This document shows positions 1 through 9,499 of a DNA stretch of 64,000 nucleotides, in pieces. The translations under genes and the position numbers were made by a program. This stretch comes from Turneriella sp. (lineage in GTDB: Bacteria; Spirochaetota; Leptospiria; Turneriellales; Turneriellaceae), in contig CBDIID010000003.1 in assembly GCA_965279515.1 (NCBI GenBank), positions 3,072,001 through 3,136,000 of the forward strand, given 5' to 3'. Every line of letters starts with the position of its first letter. Position 1 is the first letter of the stretch. A model generated the notes under the pieces. It saw only the letters and a list, made by a program, of their open reading frames with translations, searched no databases and was not told the origin of the DNA.

Positions 1-324
1 CTCCTGGCCGGTGGGTGCGCTGAGCAATTTCTGGGGGGCGCTGAATACTGTTGCCTGCCTCGCCGCGCGGATGCCCGTCTGTGCGCGGGCCTTGCGTTCG
101 CGCTGGGCAATCGCCAGGCGCTCGTGCTTACGCGTCTGCCGCCGTCTCTGCCGTATAGTGCCGCGGTCAGGGTGTGAGAGTAGCCCGCAGAGTTTCATGA
201 GCTCGATGCGTTGGGTTTCATCAAGGCCCGTCCAGGCAGAGGGGTCACCTGAAAGCAGGCTGAGAATTTCAAGGGTACGCCTCAGTTCTGCGGAGGTAAA
301 ATCTACTTGGGAAATTTCAGACAC
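1..324 (-). CDS. 5' part of a gene running off the left edge; probable N-terminal extension of an SDR-family oxidoreductase
   Basis: Manual translation from GTG 324 gives MSEISQVDF...QTGIRAARQATVFSAP with no stop. The TGIR..R...VF..P stretch resembles the N-terminus of long SDR proteins. Confidence 0.5.
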   Translation of the reverse strand, partial: MSEISQVDFTSAELRRTLEILSLLSGDPSAWTGLDETQRIELMKLCGLLSHPDRGTIRQRRRQTRKHERLAIAQRERKARAQTGIRAARQATVFSAPQKLLSAPTGQE

Positions 325-386
325 TGCGTTTCCGTAGCGGAGAACTTTGTTTCGAGCAGGCCGTAAACCCTGATTTGATACCGGTT

Positions 387-773
387 TCAGGAAATTTTAG
401 GCAAGCCCAGCGCGTCGAAAATGCCGTTCATCAGCGCCTTGCGATCGTATGGTTTCGAGAAGACCCGGCTGGCGCCTTTGGCAATACACTCTTCTTCCGT
501 GACATCGGCGAAACCGGTGAGAAAAATGACCACGGGGATTTTCGGATCAATCTTGCGGATTTTTTCCAGCAGGCTCATGCCGTCGCCGCCTGGCATACGC
601 ATATCAGATAAAACGAGATCGATCTTTTGTTTCAATACCAATTCAAATGCCTCTGCGGCGCTGGCAGCAGATAACGTCTGGAAGCCCTGCCGTTTGAAAT
701 CGAAGACCAGCATCTTACGGATATCTGGCTCATCATCGACGATTAAAATTGTAAATTTTTCTAAACCTTCCAT
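387..773 (-). CDS. Single-domain response regulator (REC)
   Basis: ILIVDD, LSDMRMPGGDG, FLTG and KP motifs; overlaps the kinase stop. Confidence 0.9.
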   Translation of the reverse strand: MEGLEKFTILIVDDEPDIRKMLVFDFKRQGFQTLSAASAAEAFELVLKQKIDLVLSDMRMPGGDGMSLLEKIRKIDPKIPVVIFLTGFADVTEEECIAKGASRVFSKPYDRKALMNGIFDALGLPKIS

Positions 774-2092
774 AAGTCTCCCCGCGGCACCTTCATGCCT
801 GCCTGAATTTCTATTGCCGGTAACCTCAGCACAAAGCAGGTGTTAGCATATCCGGCATCCATCTCTAGTTCACCCTGGTGCTCGTGCACAATTCCCAAAG
901 AAACACTGAGGCCCAGGCCTGTACCGGTTCCTATTTCCTTTGTTGTGAAAAACGGTTCGAAAATTTTCGCGCGCACCGCATCGGCAATACGGGGGCCCGA
1001 ATCGACGACGCGTATTTCGAGCCAGTGATCCTTCTGAGCCACTGCAATCTGCACCCATTTATCCGCTGCATCGGCAATCGCGTCGTAAGCATTTTGCAGT
1101 AAATTTAAGAGAACCTGGGAGATCTGTGTTTCACGGCCAGTGAAAAATAAATTGCCGGGAATTTCATCGATCAACAATTTCACGCCATGGTTTTTGAACC
1201 GTTCCTGGCAAAAACTCACGGTGTTCTCAATCAGCCGGGTGACGTTCACCGGCTGTGGTGCGTCTTTGCTGCTGTCGCGGGAAAAAACCCGAAGCCCTTG
1301 GACAATTTTTGCAATGCGGTCGACCGTTTTTTCGTTCGTCGTTGCCATCTCTCTCACGGCTTCTGCATCGACGGGATGTTCAGCGGCGAGTTCGGCGATC
1401 TGCGAAGACAGGGTCTTAATAATCGCCAGCGGATTATTGATCTCATGGGCGATGCCGCCTGCCATTTCACCCAGCGCCGTCATTTTACTGCTCTGCATTA
1501 ACTGCGCTTTCATCTCGTTCTCTTTTGCAAGGAAACGATTAAACACATGAACCATTTCCACCAGAAGCGATGAGCTCATTGCCATGACGCTCGCAATAAT
1601 GCAGAACTGTACAGGCTCAATTGGCACCGGGGCCATCCAAAAATTCGCGGCGGCAAAATTACTCAGCCAAAAGAGCGTCTGCAAGTACCCGAATATTCTC
1701 CTTTGCGACCAGAAAGTGAAAAAAGTTCCACCGGCAAAATTCATCACCAGATACGCAGGCCAGTAATGCTGAAATGGCCCATCGGTTGCAGAGAAGGCGA
1801 AAAATGTGAGCACACCGTTGAACAAAAACACCCGGAAAACCTCCAGTCGAATACGGTTCTTAACCCGGTTGGACAGCTGTGTCAGTGCGAGATTTACCAA
1901 AACAAAGCAGCTCAGATAAACGAAGGTGATCCAGCTGCTGAGACCCTGAAGAGAGGTCAGCAGCGCCAGCAGAGCCATGGCAACGGAGAAGAGCCCGAAA
2001 CAAAGATCGAGAACTTTCAGGATCTCCTGGTACCCGGCGCTGCGCAGGCCTTCCGCTAATTTTTCTTTTCCGTCTTTTTGTTCACTGCTCAA
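761..2092 (-). CDS. Membrane sensor histidine kinase (NtrB-like)
   Basis: Hydrophobic N-terminus, AHEINNPL H-box, NLLQNA, DSGP, FEPFFTTK, GTGLGLS. Confidence 0.92.
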   Translation of the reverse strand: MSSEQKDGKEKLAEGLRSAGYQEILKVLDLCFGLFSVAMALLALLTSLQGLSSWITFVYLSCFVLVNLALTQLSNRVKNRIRLEVFRVFLFNGVLTFFAFSATDGPFQHYWPAYLVMNFAGGTFFTFWSQRRIFGYLQTLFWLSNFAAANFWMAPVPIEPVQFCIIASVMAMSSSLLVEMVHVFNRFLAKENEMKAQLMQSSKMTALGEMAGGIAHEINNPLAIIKTLSSQIAELAAEHPVDAEAVREMATTNEKTVDRIAKIVQGLRVFSRDSSKDAPQPVNVTRLIENTVSFCQERFKNHGVKLLIDEIPGNLFFTGRETQISQVLLNLLQNAYDAIADAADKWVQIAVAQKDHWLEIRVVDSGPRIADAVRAKIFEPFFTTKEIGTGTGLGLSVSLGIVHEHQGELEMDAGYANTCFVLRLPAIEIQAGMKVPRGDLWKV

Positions 2093-2169
2093 AATAGCGC
2101 ATGCCTTGGAGATAGCTCAGTTTTTGAATAGGGTTAGGCGCCCCGTCAACAAAATCAGAAATTGTCGCG

Positions 2170-2529
2170 ATGAAGCTGAATCCCCTCACGCTCGAAGAGC
2201 AACGCGTCATTATTCACAAAGGCACTGAACGCCCGGGTACGGGTGAATACGAGCACAACAAGGCCGCAGGCACCTATGTCTGCCGGCAGTGCGATGCAGA
2301 GCTCTACCGCAGTGAAGACAAGTTCGAGTCGGGCTGCGGCTGGCCCAGCTTCGACGACGAAATCGCGGGCGCGGTCGAACATGTGCCCGACGCCGATGGC
2401 CGCCGTACCGAAATTGTCTGCGCGGCCTGCGGTGGACATCTGGGCCACGTTTTTAAAGGAGAACGCTTTACAGCCAAGAACACGCGCCATTGTGTGAACT
2501 CCATATCGATGAAATTTATACCGAGGTAA
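2170..2529 (+). CDS. msrB: Peptide-methionine (R)-S-oxide reductase
   Basis: [36 protein letters not shown]. Confidence 0.96.
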   Translation: MKLNPLTLEEQRVIIHKGTERPGTGEYEHNKAAGTYVCRQCDAELYRSEDKFESGCGWPSFDDEIAGAVEHVPDADGRRTEIVCAACGGHLGHVFKGERFTAKNTRHCVNSISMKFIPR

Positions 2530-2532
2530 TTT

Positions 2533-3141
2533 ATGAAAAAATCCCTGTTATTTCTTTTTCCACTTTTGACGGCTTTTGCGGCAGGCGGCGAAGGTTTTAC
2601 GCAAAACCATCTGGGCCTGCTCAAACAATATGCAGGATGCACCTCGGCGGCGGCAGACAAGCTCTGGTGCCGCTTCACAGGTTTTACGGCTGCGGAAAAG
2701 TCTGCCGCGCCGAATCCCGGCGTCTACCTGGGTGTGACAACTTTTGTGCAGACCAATGGCGGCTCGGCTGCGACGCTCGGGAAATTCAGCCGTGTGTCGA
2801 GTCTGGCGGTGCGCAAATCGGGAGCCGAGTCCGTTGCCTTAATTGCAACCATCAATCCGCAGAATGACACCGGTAAGGCAGAAGTCGCGCGTCTCTTACC
2901 CCTCGTGCGTAAACAAATCGAAGGCGGCGCAAAACCTGAAATCAAAGAGCCGGGGCTCTCAGGTTATATCAGCTCACTCCCCGAGCGTGCAAAATACCCG
3001 ATGGTGCAGCACAAGAACGGCTTCACCCTGAACGGCGGCTCGAAGGCCGACCTGCGCCGCGTCGGCGGCGTCTGGGTTTCGATCGAAGTGCCGCAGAAAA
3101 ATCCCGCAGGCATCTGGATCACGGTGTTCGCGGCAAACTAG
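2533..3141 (+). CDS. Hypothetical secreted protein
   Basis: Signal peptide MKKSLLFLFPLLTAFAA; starts 3 nt after msrB. Confidence 0.7.
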   Translation: MKKSLLFLFPLLTAFAAGGEGFTQNHLGLLKQYAGCTSAAADKLWCRFTGFTAAEKSAAPNPGVYLGVTTFVQTNGGSAATLGKFSRVSSLAVRKSGAESVALIATINPQNDTGKAEVARLLPLVRKQIEGGAKPEIKEPGLSGYISSLPERAKYPMVQHKNGFTLNGGSKADLRRVGGVWVSIEVPQKNPAGIWITVFAAN

Positions 3142-3847
3142 CTGCGAACGCGAAACCGGTAAAAGCTTTCAGGTAAGCCTCTTTTTCAAACTCAAATGGC
3201 CCGACGGCTGGGTAAGCGATATCGTCGCCCGGTGCATCGCCCAGATCGGTAACGTCGCCCGTATCGATGACCAGTTTTCCCGATTTCAGATCGTGTAAGA
3301 AGACATAGTCGAATTCATTCTCATGCGCTGCATAGGCCGAAAGCAGCGCATAACTGCGATTCTCTTTCTGCCACAGTTCAAAGACCTTGTTACCCGTGCG
3401 GCTTTTTTCCGAGGACATATACGCCGCGAGCCGGGGTGGGTTGTTGTCAAAATTACGCCAGGTGACACTGTGCGCTTTTTCGACAACCTGCACGGTCACA
3501 TTGCCGCATTCGAGGTCGCCGCACTCGGGGCAGCCATAGAGATGTACCCGCCGCCGCTCATAATATGCCGGCACCCGAAATGTCAGTTCCTGCAGACGGT
3601 TACGCCCCAAATCGAACTGGTCGAATGGGTCGGCCGGCATATTTTTTCCGACGGGGAAATCCGCAAGGCGCACCATGCCTGCCAGATCGCGCAGATCGAT
3701 TTCGAACAAATCGCCCAGCGATTTTCCATTCACAATAAAATCGATGTACTCTGCGGGGCGCCGGTTGCCAGCCATGTCGGTATTTTGGCGTGCCCCGTCA
3801 GGCTGCGTTTCGAGACGGCGCCTCACGGCAAGGGCCAGAGTATCCAT
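3119..3847 (-). CDS. Hypothetical protein with CPECGDLECG motif (start taken at ATG 3847)
   Basis: Long ORF with DFIVNGKSL, YGCPECGDLECG and GPFEF motifs. Confidence 0.65.
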   Translation of the reverse strand: MDTLALAVRRRLETQPDGARQNTDMAGNRRPAEYIDFIVNGKSLGDLFEIDLRDLAGMVRLADFPVGKNMPADPFDQFDLGRNRLQELTFRVPAYYERRRVHLYGCPECGDLECGNVTVQVVEKAHSVTWRNFDNNPPRLAAYMSSEKSRTGNKVFELWQKENRSYALLSAYAAHENEFDYVFLHDLKSGKLVIDTGDVTDLGDAPGDDIAYPAVGPFEFEKEAYLKAFTGFAFAASLPRTP

Positions 3848-3947
3848 ACGCTGGTTTTGCCAATCTTCGCGGCGACGCAATCTTTTTTGCAGAAGGTTAG
3901 GACGAATCGGGCTTGAATGTCTCACGATTATTTAAGAAGCGGTATCT

Positions 3948-4592
3948 ATGCAGAATACAATGCCTATGGCCTCCATGGCCCTTTTCCTTTTATTCTCAAA
4001 TGTCTCCGCCGAAGATGTTCCCGCCGGCGAAGAGCCGCAACGCATCGTCACGAAACGTGCGGTATTCGCCGTCTGGCCGCCGAACGGCGCCTTCTATAAA
4101 GGCGATGTCATCGACGAGAAAGATGGCAAGAGCCTGATCCAGTGGGCACCGGGTAATGGCGGCACGCTCGAGCCGTCTTGGGTAGAAAACGACAATGTCT
4201 TCGGCACGCTCGAAGCTCTGATGCACGAAGGCAAAAAGCCGCGCGAGGTCTATGCGATGTACAGCACGGGTTATTATTATAAAGGTATTGCGATTCTCGA
4301 TCGCGATGACAAGACCCTGGTCTACTGGGCCGATGGCTCGGCACCGATGTGGGTGGCTAAAAAAGATGTCCGACCACGTAAGGGTCATGGGCTCAAAAAA
4401 GATATGATTGCCGACCGCGAACTGACCCCGGCCGAGAAAGCCAAAGCGGCGAAGGCCGACGGGCAATACAAAAAAGACCGCGCGGCACAGTTTATTCCAC
4501 AATGTAAAACCTACAGAACGCAATTGGATTGTATGCGTACCTTCGACCCCTGCACGTGGACGGGATCAGGCTGCAACTACCGCGGTTATTGA
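3948..4592 (+). CDS. Hypothetical secreted protein with two Tudor/SH3-like repeats and a Cys-rich tail
   Basis: Signal peptide; repeated FYKG..I....LIQWA and YYKG..I....LVYWA units; stop overlaps the msrA ATG. Confidence 0.65.
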   Translation: MQNTMPMASMALFLLFSNVSAEDVPAGEEPQRIVTKRAVFAVWPPNGAFYKGDVIDEKDGKSLIQWAPGNGGTLEPSWVENDNVFGTLEALMHEGKKPREVYAMYSTGYYYKGIAILDRDDKTLVYWADGSAPMWVAKKDVRPRKGHGLKKDMIADRELTPAEKAKAAKADGQYKKDRAAQFIPQCKTYRTQLDCMRTFDPCTWTGSGCNYRGY

Positions 4593-5095
4593 TGAAAAAA
4601 GCAGTACTGGCCGGCGGTTGTTTCTGGGGTCTCGAAGAGCTCATGCGCAGCCAACCCGGCGTGATCGACACCGAATGCGGTTATTGCGGCGGCCCGAATG
4701 AAAATCCCACCTACCGCAACCACGAGGGCCACGCCGAGGCGCTCGAGATCACTTACGATGAAACAAAGACCAGTTTCAGAAATCTGCTGAATTTCTTTTT
4801 CCAGATCCATAACCCGACGACAATGAACCGCCAGGGCAACGACATCGGTAGTTCATACCGCTCGACGATCTTCTACGCAAATGAGGATGAAAAGCGCGAG
4901 GCGCAGGAATTTATCAAAATTGTCGATGCCTCGAAGCGCTGGCCCAAGGTCGTTGTAACGACATTGGAGCCTTTAGGAGCCGAGCACGGCGCCGCCGGTA
5001 AATTCTGGCCCGCCGAAGATTACCACCAGGATTACCTGCAGAAATCACCCAACGGCTATACCTGCCACCGGATTTATTTCAACAGCTACATTTAG
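4592..5095 (+). CDS. msrA: Peptide-methionine (S)-S-oxide reductase
   Basis: [29 protein letters not shown] 4592 in a TGATG overlap. Confidence 0.96.
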   Translation: MKKAVLAGGCFWGLEELMRSQPGVIDTECGYCGGPNENPTYRNHEGHAEALEITYDETKTSFRNLLNFFFQIHNPTTMNRQGNDIGSSYRSTIFYANEDEKREAQEFIKIVDASKRWPKVVVTTLEPLGAEHGAAGKFWPAEDYHQDYLQKSPNGYTCHRIYFNSYI

Positions 5096-5117
5096 TCGCT
5101 TGGGGTTGCTTCCGGTT

Positions 5118-6617
5118 TTAGAACAGCAGGTTCATGCTGAGAATATGAATATGCACGGTTTCGGCCGTGGGCAGGTATGCCGCGCCCGGTAGAAACGCAC
5201 CATAAGCATAGAACATCTTCAGGTCTGAAGTAAAATCATAAACCAGTTGCGCATCGAGGCCGTGGCCGACATCGGCCTTGGCGACGATGGCGTTCGGGTC
5301 AGAGATCGCATTGTCGGCGTTTTGCTTCATGTAATAACTATACTTGAGTACTGTCGTGAAGTTGCGTCCCCAGTGAAAATGCATCAGCGGTTTAAACTGG
5401 AAACCAACGCGAAAGACGTGTAGGTTGCTGAGCTTGGGCTTCAGTGCCAGGCCGGCAGAATAATAGCCAAAATAGAAGAAATTCTGGTCGGTACCCGATT
5501 CGTTTTCCTGCGAGGGGTTTGCCGGGTTTGAACCCGTGCCGGCTTTGACCTGCCGCCCCGAGCCGGTCGCATACTGGAAAATCAATCCCGGTTTCAGGAG
5601 CGACTCCGCAAAAGGGATATCATAGTTGAGGTCGAGGGTGACCCCCCATGCGCGGACCGACGCCTTATCGCTGGTATTCGTGAGCGTATTGACTTTGTTG
5701 TACGTGGTGCCGGTCTCAAAAATGCCCTCGGTGAAATAACGCACGCGGGGCGTGGCGATAAATCCCGAGAAGCCCAGGCCGAAGTAGAGCGGGTTAAAAG
5801 TGAATTGCTGCCCGGCTTTGCTGCCTGTGCTGGTATCGGTAACGGCGATGACAGATTGGTTGAGGTCATAGCTGTAAAATGCCAGGGCGTATGCGGATGA
5901 ACCCAGGAATTGGGGAGACTGCACTTCGAGAGAGGTAAAAATCCGTTTTCCGGCATCGGGCAGGTTGGCGTCGATCGTGCGGCCCGGCGTTACATCATAG
6001 ACTCCCTTTTGTGCCACCTGGCCGCTGAAACCGCAGCCGCCGAGAGAAATCGTGCAGCCCGAATACTGGGCTGAGTAAGAGGCCATCGCCGTGATGCGCG
6101 CGAAGCGGAACGTGCCGGTGTATTCGGCGCCGTCGGCAAAGTTCGCAAACAGCAGGCCGCGGCCCGTGCGATAAAATGCACGCCCTGCCGTGAGTTTGTG
6201 GTTGCCGAAATTAAACTCCCCGTTCAACAACTCCATCGCATAGAGCCCTGTCGATGCATCGGTGCCACTGCTGCGCTGGGCGTCTGTCAGCGAATTATTA
6301 TAAGCATAGCTGACACGCCCGCGCAGGTTCAGCACATATTGCTCATTCCACATATAACGGAAGTAAGGCCGGTAATTGCCGAGAAAATAACCCTTTTTGA
6401 GGCTTGCCGAATCACCGATGAACGTGTTCGCTGCCGACAAGCCATACTGGTAAATATGCGGGGCAATATTGCCCTTGCCCGTATCCAGCGGTTTCAGCTC
6501 TTCGAGCGGAACGAGTTCGTTGCGGGCTGCAAAAATAGCTGCCGGGCTTATGGCGGCGAAGAATATTAGTGCTCCGGAAAGCCGGCGCAGGCTTACCCAT
6601 TTCGTTTTTAAAACCAT
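5118..6617 (-). CDS. Outer-membrane beta-barrel, alginate-export-like
   Basis: Signal peptide, alternating aromatic strands, YATGSG and FLPGAAY motifs, C-terminal Phe. Confidence 0.7.
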   Translation of the reverse strand: MVLKTKWVSLRRLSGALIFFAAISPAAIFAARNELVPLEELKPLDTGKGNIAPHIYQYGLSAANTFIGDSASLKKGYFLGNYRPYFRYMWNEQYVLNLRGRVSYAYNNSLTDAQRSSGTDASTGLYAMELLNGEFNFGNHKLTAGRAFYRTGRGLLFANFADGAEYTGTFRFARITAMASYSAQYSGCTISLGGCGFSGQVAQKGVYDVTPGRTIDANLPDAGKRIFTSLEVQSPQFLGSSAYALAFYSYDLNQSVIAVTDTSTGSKAGQQFTFNPLYFGLGFSGFIATPRVRYFTEGIFETGTTYNKVNTLTNTSDKASVRAWGVTLDLNYDIPFAESLLKPGLIFQYATGSGRQVKAGTGSNPANPSQENESGTDQNFFYFGYYSAGLALKPKLSNLHVFRVGFQFKPLMHFHWGRNFTTVLKYSYYMKQNADNAISDPNAIVAKADVGHGLDAQLVYDFTSDLKMFYAYGAFLPGAAYLPTAETVHIHILSMNLLF

Positions 6618-6618
6618 A

Positions 6619-7371
6619 TCAGAGCTTTTCTATCACCAGTACGTCGCGGGCCTTTTCAAAAACATCCTGTGAGATTTTTTCGTAGAGGTGCTGAAAATTC
6701 AAGAAGTCCTCGGGGTTTCCAGAGAAGTTGAGATCGCCGGCGGAGTAACTGCTGGCTTGCTCGCCCGCTGTGGAAAATTGCTGAGAAGTCATCGTCGAGC
6801 CGCCTTCGCGCCTCGCCACTTTATCGGCAGTCACTGTTTCGCCACCGGTAACGCGTGATTTACCACCTTCGGGAACAACACTCTTGCTGCGTGCCCGGTC
6901 GATGATATCCGAAGCGGATTCAAGCATCTTAATCTCGCAGCCCTTGTCGGGCGAATAGCTGATCTCCTGGATGGTGCCGCGCACACCGGCAACGACTGTG
7001 GGTGTACGCACCTGAAAATAATTCCGTTCCGCAGGTTGCTTATAGTGTGCGATCTGGGCGACAACGCGGCCTGTGCGCAATCCCATGACGGTTTGTGTGC
7101 CATATGTACCGGAGCCGTAACTTTCCAGATTCACGTGCGTCAGCGAATGCAACGTCAATTTGCTGCCATTATGGAAGATGATCACTGCCTGGCCGCGCGG
7201 CCCTGTTTCGAGATCGGTGTCTGGTGGCAGGGAAACGCCGATTTTTGCAGCTTTCCATTGCCCCCCCTTCAGCTTGTACTGAACGTTACCGCTCAGGTAT
7301 TCGAATTTTGCCACTGCTTCGGCGTGAAGGCCGGTAGCGAGTAAGAAGAACGGTATAATCAATAATTTCAT
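6619..7371 (-). CDS. FecR-domain periplasmic protein
   Basis: GAGGAG RBS 6 nt before ATG 7371; signal peptide; LETG and VRTPTVVAGVRGT motifs. Confidence 0.82.
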   Translation of the reverse strand: MKLLIIPFFLLATGLHAEAVAKFEYLSGNVQYKLKGGQWKAAKIGVSLPPDTDLETGPRGQAVIIFHNGSKLTLHSLTHVNLESYGSGTYGTQTVMGLRTGRVVAQIAHYKQPAERNYFQVRTPTVVAGVRGTIQEISYSPDKGCEIKMLESASDIIDRARSKSVVPEGGKSRVTGGETVTADKVARREGGSTMTSQQFSTAGEQASSYSAGDLNFSGNPEDFLNFQHLYEKISQDVFEKARDVLVIEKL

Positions 7372-7381
7372 TTGCATCTCC

Positions 7382-7867
7382 TCAATGGTTTGAGCTCCAC
7401 TTTTCTTTTTCTGCCCTATATTCCTCAGCCGCGCCGATGGCGCCGATAAGCTGCTCACCCGAAACGGGATTGTTTTCGCTGTAACGGTATGCGAGAATGC
7501 CGGCCTCTTGCACATCGCGCAGCGCGTAGCGGTTCCACTGCGTCAGGCGAAATAATAATCCCCGACTCACATTGAATCCTTTGAGGATAGCAAAGGCCAG
7601 TGTACCGCGGTCGAGTGCATCGTGGGCTTGCTGGTGTTTGATCAGCCCTTCGCTGCGCGCCTCGGCAAGGCGTTTTGCCTCGTTCGGATATTTCGCGTAA
7701 TCGCCGCGCGTCATCAAAATCAAATCGACGAGATCCTGAACCGTTGCAATGGGGCGTTCCGCGATCTGGCGGTAATGCGCCATCTCATTGTGACTGTCAG
7801 CGGTGATGATGGGCCTGGTGGCAAAAGGTACAAAGGCTAAGAAAAACAATGCGGTATAACGCTTCAT
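7382..7867 (-). CDS. Hypothetical secreted protein
   Basis: Signal peptide; ATGA overlap with the upstream gene; RYALRD and VSGEQL motifs. Confidence 0.65.
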   Translation of the reverse strand: MKRYTALFFLAFVPFATRPIITADSHNEMAHYRQIAERPIATVQDLVDLILMTRGDYAKYPNEAKRLAEARSEGLIKHQQAHDALDRGTLAFAILKGFNVSRGLLFRLTQWNRYALRDVQEAGILAYRYSENNPVSGEQLIGAIGAAEEYRAEKEKWSSNH

Positions 7868-8880
7868 GGCGTGGGCTGTGCTCCGAATACAGTGTAGTTG
7901 AGCCAGAGAGCCGAAGGCGTCCGGTTCGCAAGAATATACATATCCGAGGGTAATCCTGCCCCGGCTGAGGCTGAGAAGACGAGCAAATCACCCGCAGCCT
8001 GGCTGGCCTGAAATGCGGTGGCGCTTGTCAGAAAAAGCTTACTCTGCGTCAGGGTCTCGCCAAAGTTCTTCATCACCGGCCCTGCAGATGTCGCCGTATG
8101 TGCGCGCAGCGTGCCGGCGGTATCGGTCACCAAAAAACCTTCAGCGATGCCGATTGCAGACGCGCGCACAATGCTGATATTGACAGCGGAAGCCATCGCC
8201 GTATTGGTGAGGGTATTTGTCGGGCAGAACGGAATGGCGCTCGTCGAATCATAGCGCGAAATCGGCCCCGAAGCCCCGGCGGTGGAAATCATCAGGCCGG
8301 TCGCGTCGATGCCCAGCATGGTACCGGCATAGCAGTTATAAGCCGCAATGGCGGGCAGCGAGGCGCCGACATTGATCGGCACGGCAGAAACCGGTGAGAC
8401 AGCGCCTGTGGTGCTGATGATGCCAGCCGTATCCTTGACGAAGACGGTGATATTGTTACCACTGGCATTTGCTGCGAGCCGCAGCCGGGTGGAAAAATTT
8501 AACGCCGAAGCGTTTGCGGTGACGGGCTGCGGGGCATTAAATGCCGGCAGCTTTCCGTTATTGGTGTATGCCGAAACAGAAGATGCGATGAAGATATTGT
8601 GGTTAGTGCATGCAACGGAGCAGGTGCGCGTCGAAGCGAAAACCAGCGCCAATGAACCGTTGCTCAGTTGCAATACGATCGGATTATAGTCGTCGTAGCC
8701 AGAAGCGGAAACGGGATTACCGTCGCTCAGCAGAAAACTCGCCTGTGGCAGGGGTGCGGCCTGTTCAGAATTATGCGCGCATGCCCCACCCGCAAGCAAG
8801 GCGGTGAGAAAAGCCGAGGCAAGAATCAGTAATTGCTGATGGTAGGCCCTTGTCATGCCGTATTGTAACTTGTTCTGCAC
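7864..8880 (-). CDS. Hypothetical Ala/Ser-rich exported protein, possible lipoprotein
   Basis: Hydrophobic leader ending LAGGAC; 338 aa ORF. Confidence 0.6.
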   Translation of the reverse strand: MQNKLQYGMTRAYHQQLLILASAFLTALLAGGACAHNSEQAAPLPQASFLLSDGNPVSASGYDDYNPIVLQLSNGSLALVFASTRTCSVACTNHNIFIASSVSAYTNNGKLPAFNAPQPVTANASALNFSTRLRLAANASGNNITVFVKDTAGIISTTGAVSPVSAVPINVGASLPAIAAYNCYAGTMLGIDATGLMISTAGASGPISRYDSTSAIPFCPTNTLTNTAMASAVNISIVRASAIGIAEGFLVTDTAGTLRAHTATSAGPVMKNFGETLTQSKLFLTSATAFQASQAAGDLLVFSASAGAGLPSDMYILANRTPSALWLNYTVFGAQPTP

Positions 8881-8947
8881 AAATTACAATTCGCCACAAT
8901 ACGTGAGAAGGCAAGTATTTATACGTGGTTGGCGAAGATGTTCGGCG

Positions 8948-9370
8948 TTACTTTGTGCATTCCCACGCGGTCTCTTGCCAGTCGGCTTCGCCCTTGTTCT
9001 TCCACTTACCCCGCAGGTTAGTCGGCTTCGGTGTCATGCGTTCTATCGAAACCTTGAATTCAAAACTACCTGAGCCACCCTTTGCCTGTTTCCATGTGCC
9101 GGTAAAAACGTTGTTCTTCACGGTTCCGGTGACGGTCCCCTTTTTATAGATATAGGTTCCGGTCACTTTACCCTTATTGTCGTTCAGGGTCATTTTGCCA
9201 AAATCGCCGCAATCCCATTTGCCGGCAATGCTCTTCGAAAAACCGCCTTGGGGTTTGGCTTCGACCATGCCAGGGGATATGTCTGCGGGTTTCTGCTCCA
9301 TGTCAGCCTGTGCGCCGAGCAGGGAGACGCATGCCATTGTAGTTAAACTGAACATCATTGTTTTTTTCAT
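8948..9370 (-). CDS. Hypothetical secreted beta-rich protein
   Basis: GAGGGG RBS, signal peptide, repeated GKW/GTY/GTW strands. Confidence 0.7.
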   Translation of the reverse strand: MKKTMMFSLTTMACVSLLGAQADMEQKPADISPGMVEAKPQGGFSKSIAGKWDCGDFGKMTLNDNKGKVTGTYIYKKGTVTGTVKNNVFTGTWKQAKGGSGSFEFKVSIERMTPKPTNLRGKWKNKGEADWQETAWECTK

Positions 9371-9417
9371 CCCCCCTCGGTAGAGCCGCGGGGGACCCCG
9401 TCAACCGTATAAAGCAC

Positions 9418-9454
9418 TCAGGTTATACCCCCCATTCGGGTGGGTATAACCTGA
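9418..9454. promoter_or_regulatory. 13-bp perfect inverted repeat in a divergent intergenic region
   Basis: TCAGGTTATACCC (9418-9430) and GGGTATAACCTGA (9442-9454). Confidence 0.6.
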
Positions 9455-9499
9455 AGATTACGCTATGCGAATGCGGAATTTTTCAAACCGTAACTCGTC

